From: an uncultured Candidatus Saccharibacteria bacterium
GTDB taxonomy: Bacteria > Patescibacteriota > Minisyncoccia > Phycocordibacterales > UBA9973
Assembly: GCA_964505155.1 (NCBI GenBank)
Contig: CAZDGL010000003.1
Span: forward strand, 5,728 to 69,727
Reading direction: 5' to 3'
Length of the DNA: 64,000 nt
Below the pieces are notes generated by a model. That model was not told the DNA's origin. It saw only the letters and a list, made by a program, of their open reading frames with translations, and made no database searches. Within the stretch, counting starts at the first letter, position 1. Each line of letters starts with the position of its first letter. A program made the position numbers and the translations under genes. Shown in pieces: positions 60,320-64,000 of the stretch.

Positions 60320-62524
60320 TTATTTTACTTTCTTTTGAAAGTCTCTGGGTTTTTTCTCTTGTGCCAGAAGCTCAAGTGCTTGGTTAAGGGTAATAGTATA
60401 AACGTCCAGTGGTGCCTTGATAGAGCGGAAGTTGCCATCATGAGCCACATAAGGACCAAAGCGACCATTGTTAGCGGTAACATCCTTACCACTTTCTGAG
60501 TGTGTTCCAAGGGTTCTAGGAAGAGATAAATACTTTAGCGCCATCTCTAGTGTCACAGTGCTTGGGTCAACAGTCTTTGGGATAGAAGCCATTTTTGGTT
60601 TTGGCAGGGAAGATTTTTTACCCTTTACTTTCTCTGGCATTTCTCCAAGCTGGACATAAGGGCCAAAGCGTCCGACTTTTGTAAAGATAGGTAGGGAAGT
60701 CTCCGGATCGATTCCGATAGGTTCATCAGCTTTTATCTCTGTTCCGTCTAGCATCAAAGCGCCGTTACATTCTGGATACCTGTCACAAGAGAGAAACTTA
60801 CCGCCACGACCGAGTTTGACTACCATGCCACTACCACAAACTGGACACTTGAACTTGGCGTCCGCTACTTCAAGGGTTGTAGCTTTGTCGAGCTTTTCTT
60901 TTTCTTTTACTTCTTTTTTAAAAGGAGTATAAAAGTCTTTGAGTGTTTTGGTATAGTCTCGGTCACCATTTGCGATATCGTCGAGCTCATTTTCCATTTC
61001 TGCGGTGAAGGTGTCAGAAATATAGTTCATAAAGTTTTGTTCCAAAAATGTCGAAACAACTTCACCTGTATCAGTGGGCTTGAGTGAGCGATTGATCTTT
61101 TCGATATAACCCCTGATTTCAAGAGTACTAATGATAGCTGCATAAGTAGACGGACGACCTATGCCTCGAGCTTCGAGCTCTTTGACGAGTCCTGCCTCAG
61201 AGTATCTGTTGGGTGGTTCTGTTTGTTTTTCGAGATCAGTTATCTCTACTAGATCGAGAGTGTCACCTTCTTTGACTTTTGGTAGTTCTACATCTTCACC
61301 ACGAGCGTCAGAGTCGACAGAGAGCCATCCAGCGGAGAGCAGTCTTGAGCCGTTGGCAGAAAAGTCGGGGATAGAGTCACCTTTTACATTGGCAAGGATG
61401 CGAGTCTTGAGGAGTTTGGCATCTACCATTTGTGAAGAAACAGTACGCTCCCAAATAAGTGCATAGAGACGCTTTTGTTCTTCATTGTTTCCGGCAGAGA
61501 GTTTTTCTATGTGTGTAGGGCGGATAGCTTCGTGAGCTTCTTGGGCATTTTTGGATTTGGTTTTGTAGGTTCTCTTCTCTAACATGTCTTTGCCGTACTT
61601 TTTTTCGATAAGTTTGGAAATAGAATCAACTGCTTGAACAGAGAGGTTTGTAGAGTCAGTACGCATATAAGATATGTGTCCAGCTTCGTAAAGCTTTTGT
61701 GCTACTTGCATAGTGCGACTAGGAGAAAATCCCAATCGTGAAGAAGCAGTTTGCTGAAGTGTGGAGGTGGTAAATGGCGCACGCGGAGAACGCTTTTGTT
61801 CTGATTCTTTGACCTCTTTGATGTACCAAGAGCCTGACTTTGCCTTAGACAAAATACTTTCTACTTCACTTTTTTGTTTAGGTTCTTCTACACAACCAAA
61901 GACCACTTCTTCTTTTTTGCCTGTTTTTAGTTTGGCTGAGATATTCCAATACGTCTCTGGGATAAAGGCTTTGATTTCTCGTTCACGCTCTACAAGTATA
62001 CGTAGTGCTGGAGACTGCACTCTTCCTGCTGATAGTCCGTAGCGCACCTTTTGCCAGATGATACCTGAAAGGTCGTAACCAACAAGACGGTCTAGTACTC
62101 GGCGAGCTTCTTGAGCTTTGCGTAAGTTTGTATCTATATCTCTAGGGTGTTTAAGGGCTTCTGTTACAGCTTCTTTGGTGATTTCGTTAAATGTGACTCG
62201 TGAGATAGGTGCTTTGACGCGCTTGTCAGCTTTCAGTATTTCTTCCAAGTGCCAAGCAATAGCTTCTCCTTCTCGGTCCGGGTCAGTTGCTAGCACGATA
62301 CTTTTTGCTTTTTCAGCTAGCTCTTGGAGTTCGTGAACGACTTTGTCTTTGCCTTTGCTTATCTCATAATGTGGCACAAAACCAGCTTCGATATCGATAG
62401 CTTTTTTGTTGGACTTTGGTAAGTCGCGCACATGTCCAACAGAAGCGCGCACTGTATATGCCCCATCTAGATACTTTTCAATAGTTTTTGCTTTTGAGGG
62501 TGACTCAACGATAAGTAAATTCAT
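60320..62524 (-). CDS. topA: DNA topoisomerase I
   Basis: N-terminal Toprim MNLLIVESPSKAKTIEKYL, active-site Tyr region (HISYMRTDST), C-terminal Zn-ribbon repeats (CPVCGSGM...C..YPEC). Confidence 0.95.
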   Translation of the reverse strand: MNLLIVESPSKAKTIEKYLDGAYTVRASVGHVRDLPKSNKKAIDIEAGFVPHYEISKGKDKVVHELQELAEKAKSIVLATDPDREGEAIAWHLEEILKADKRVKAPISRVTFNEITKEAVTEALKHPRDIDTNLRKAQEARRVLDRLVGYDLSGIIWQKVRYGLSAGRVQSPALRILVEREREIKAFIPETYWNISAKLKTGKKEEVVFGCVEEPKQKSEVESILSKAKSGSWYIKEVKESEQKRSPRAPFTTSTLQQTASSRLGFSPSRTMQVAQKLYEAGHISYMRTDSTNLSVQAVDSISKLIEKKYGKDMLEKRTYKTKSKNAQEAHEAIRPTHIEKLSAGNNEEQKRLYALIWERTVSSQMVDAKLLKTRILANVKGDSIPDFSANGSRLLSAGWLSVDSDARGEDVELPKVKEGDTLDLVEITDLEKQTEPPNRYSEAGLVKELEARGIGRPSTYAAIISTLEIRGYIEKINRSLKPTDTGEVVSTFLEQNFMNYISDTFTAEMENELDDIANGDRDYTKTLKDFYTPFKKEVKEKEKLDKATTLEVADAKFKCPVCGSGMVVKLGRGGKFLSCDRYPECNGALMLDGTEIKADEPIGIDPETSLPIFTKVGRFGPYVQLGEMPEKVKGKKSSLPKPKMASIPKTVDPSTVTLEMALKYLSLPRTLGTHSESGKDVTANNGRFGPYVAHDGNFRSIKAPLDVYTITLNQALELLAQEKKPRDFQKKVK

Positions 62525-62580
62525 ATTTGTTCATGAAGTAGTACCATGATAATAAAAAAAGGGCAAATTTAAAAATACGA

Positions 62581-62615
62581 AAGCCGTCTCATAGGACGGC
62601 TTTATTTTATGTTTT
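62581..62615 (-). terminator. Intrinsic terminator between dprA and topA (T-runs on both strands)
   Basis: 8-bp stem aagccgtc/gacggctt with a T-rich tail on the + strand and TCGTATTTTT on the minus strand. Confidence 0.5.
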
Positions 62616-62750
62616 GGTAATGATTTTTTGATGTCTTGGCTTATAGAAAGCCACTTTTGTACAGAGTCTGATTTTTGATTTCCAGTTGAAGAATAATTTT
62701 ATTTTTCTCATTCAATGATATTTTTTATAATCCTACAACTTTTTTTATTT

Positions 62751-63644
62751 TTAGGCAATTCGCTCTATAAGCCCATAGCTTTCTTTTATTAACCCCTTGA
62801 TCTCAAGAGTAGAAAATATCACGTTGGCTTCGCTAGTGCTAAGCCCCAACTCTTCGATGATGGTGTCTTTAGTTTTGGGTTCGTTTAGTGCGTCGAGTAC
62901 TCTGCCTTCAGCTTCATTTACCACCAAAGCAGACAGTGGCATATCCTTTTTCTCAAGGCCAAGTTCTTTGAGAATGTCTTCGCTTGAAGTTATTGGTACA
63001 GCGCCGAGGCGAAGTAGCCAGTTGGTACCAGATGAAGAAGAACTAAAGATGCTTCCTGGTACAGCGCCGACTATCTTGTTGTACTCAGTACCAAGTCTGG
63101 CAGTGATGAGAGCGCCAGACTTTCCTTGGGCTTCTACTATGATGACTATGTCAGCGATGCCGGCAACTATTCTGTTTCGCCTCGGAAATGTCCAGATAGC
63201 TCCGCGTGTTTCTTCTGGATATTCAGAAAAAAGCGCACCGCCTTTTTTGAGGATTTCTTTTGCCAAATCCCTGTTGATTGCTGGATGAATGTATTTCCAG
63301 CCGAGACCAGATCCCGGAAAAGAGATAGTAGTAAGACCAGCATCCAAAGAAGCCTTGTGCGCTACTGTATCTATGCCCATGGCAAGCCCCGAAACTATAG
63401 CAACATTGTACCCACGCAAGCCTTCTATAAGTGCTCGACAAGCATTCATCCCATAACTAGTACAAGCCCGAGAGCCAACAAAAGCCACAATCTTTTTGTG
63501 TTTGATATTTTCAAGTGTTCCTCTCATGTAGAGTTGCTTGGGCTTTTGTGGTATTTCAGAAAGAGAAGGGAAAACTTCAAAATGGTTTATTTCTTTGATG
63601 GGAAATTCCTCGCTACTATCCATAGTATTGAATAATTGTAGCAT
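62751..63644 (-). CDS. dprA: DNA processing protein DprA (Smf)
   Basis: Rossmann-like DprA core VAFVGSRACTSYG...AIVSGLAMGIDTVAH...IIVEAQGKSGALITA; C-terminal winged-helix-like domain. Confidence 0.85.
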   Translation of the reverse strand: MLQLFNTMDSSEEFPIKEINHFEVFPSLSEIPQKPKQLYMRGTLENIKHKKIVAFVGSRACTSYGMNACRALIEGLRGYNVAIVSGLAMGIDTVAHKASLDAGLTTISFPGSGLGWKYIHPAINRDLAKEILKKGGALFSEYPEETRGAIWTFPRRNRIVAGIADIVIIVEAQGKSGALITARLGTEYNKIVGAVPGSIFSSSSSGTNWLLRLGAVPITSSEDILKELGLEKKDMPLSALVVNEAEGRVLDALNEPKTKDTIIEELGLSTSEANVIFSTLEIKGLIKESYGLIERIA

Positions 63645-63662
63645 TTTGGTACTATGAGAGAT

Positions 63663-64000
63663 ATGTTAGATATTAAATTTATCAGGGAAAACCCTGACCT
63701 TATCAAAGACGCAGTGCGCAAAAAGCACCTATCCTTTGATGTTGACACTCTTCTTGCTGTCGAAGAAAAAAGAAAACAAACTCTTTCTCACTTTGAATCT
63801 CTAAGAGCAAAGCAAAACGAACTCTCAGATGAGATACCAAAGGCAAGTGACCAAAGCAAAAGAGCGGAGCTTATAGAAGCCCTCAAACCTATCAAAGAAG
63901 AAGTTCAAAAGGCTGAAGAGTCTGTGCGTGAAGTAACCAAAGAGTGGCAACAACTCATGCTCCAAGTACCAAACGTGCCAGATGTTTCTGTACCAGAAGG
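63663..64000 (+). CDS. serS: Seryl-tRNA synthetase, N-terminal coiled-coil arm (3' end beyond the window)
   Basis: MLDIKFIRENPDLIKDAVRKK... is the conserved SerRS N-terminus followed by a long helical arm; truncated at the window end. Confidence 0.8.
   Translation, partial: MLDIKFIRENPDLIKDAVRKKHLSFDVDTLLAVEEKRKQTLSHFESLRAKQNELSDEIPKASDQSKRAELIEALKPIKEEVQKAEESVREVTKEWQQLMLQVPNVPDVSVPE

Noticed and set aside
1-64000. CRISPR arrays, transposases, integrases, restriction-modification or toxin-antitoxin pairs
   Set aside because: No regularly spaced direct repeats with unique spacers were seen; no ORF showed DDE/tyrosine-recombinase or HNH/PD-(D/E)xK signatures recognisable by eye. A profile search could still find divergent members.

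Overview
AT-rich (~38-42% GC) bacterial chromosome segment in the standard genetic code, densely packed on both strands. Gene content and reduced gene versions suggest a small-genome monoderm lineage (Patescibacteria/CPR-like), but that cannot be verified from sequence alone. The supporting gene features are: archaeal/eukaryotic-type ProRS, a lamin-tail-domain surface protein, a short UvrC, a short Rel, and giant Gly/Thr-rich surface proteins. Housekeeping genes I can support: tsf-rpsB, proS, mreB-mreC, tgt, uvrB, uvrA, a short uvrC, crtB-crtI with a UbiA-family prenyltransferase, rlmB, an ECF sigma with a putative anti-sigma factor, NDH-2, ung (family 4), ychF, rpmG, miaA, parB, rel, topA, dprA and the 5' end of serS. 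RNA genes: tRNA-Thr(UGU) with a tandem degenerate copy, tRNA-Trp(CCA) and tRNA-Leu(CAA). The accessory part is dominated by cell-surface genes. These include a 5'-truncated Gly/Thr-rich surface protein and a ~3,010-aa PATR-type repeat adhesin with a large internal duplication. An accessory island at 13.4-22.3 kb carries two paralogous Ser/Thr-rich secreted proteins, a CscA-like (DUF916/DUF3324-architecture) anchor protein, a dockerin-bearing protein, two membrane-anchored cohesin-like proteins and two tethered Venus-flytrap (SBP_bac_3) proteins. A degraded tRNA-Thr copy lies adjacent to this cluster, and no integrase is visible in the window. The most interesting candidate system is this putative cohesin-dockerin / WxL-CscA-like surface display locus. 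Other notable items: a Bro-N::Hsp20 fusion gene, two ORF-free promoter-to-terminator units (candidate structured ncRNAs at 41.4-42.0 kb and 57.3-57.7 kb, the latter unusually GC-rich), a 13-bp GC-rich palindrome present twice in leaders of translation-related genes, an 18-bp perfect inverted repeat between mreC and tgt, and a TraD/VirD4-like soluble ATPase next to the LTD protein. No CRISPR array, transposase or integrase was recognised.
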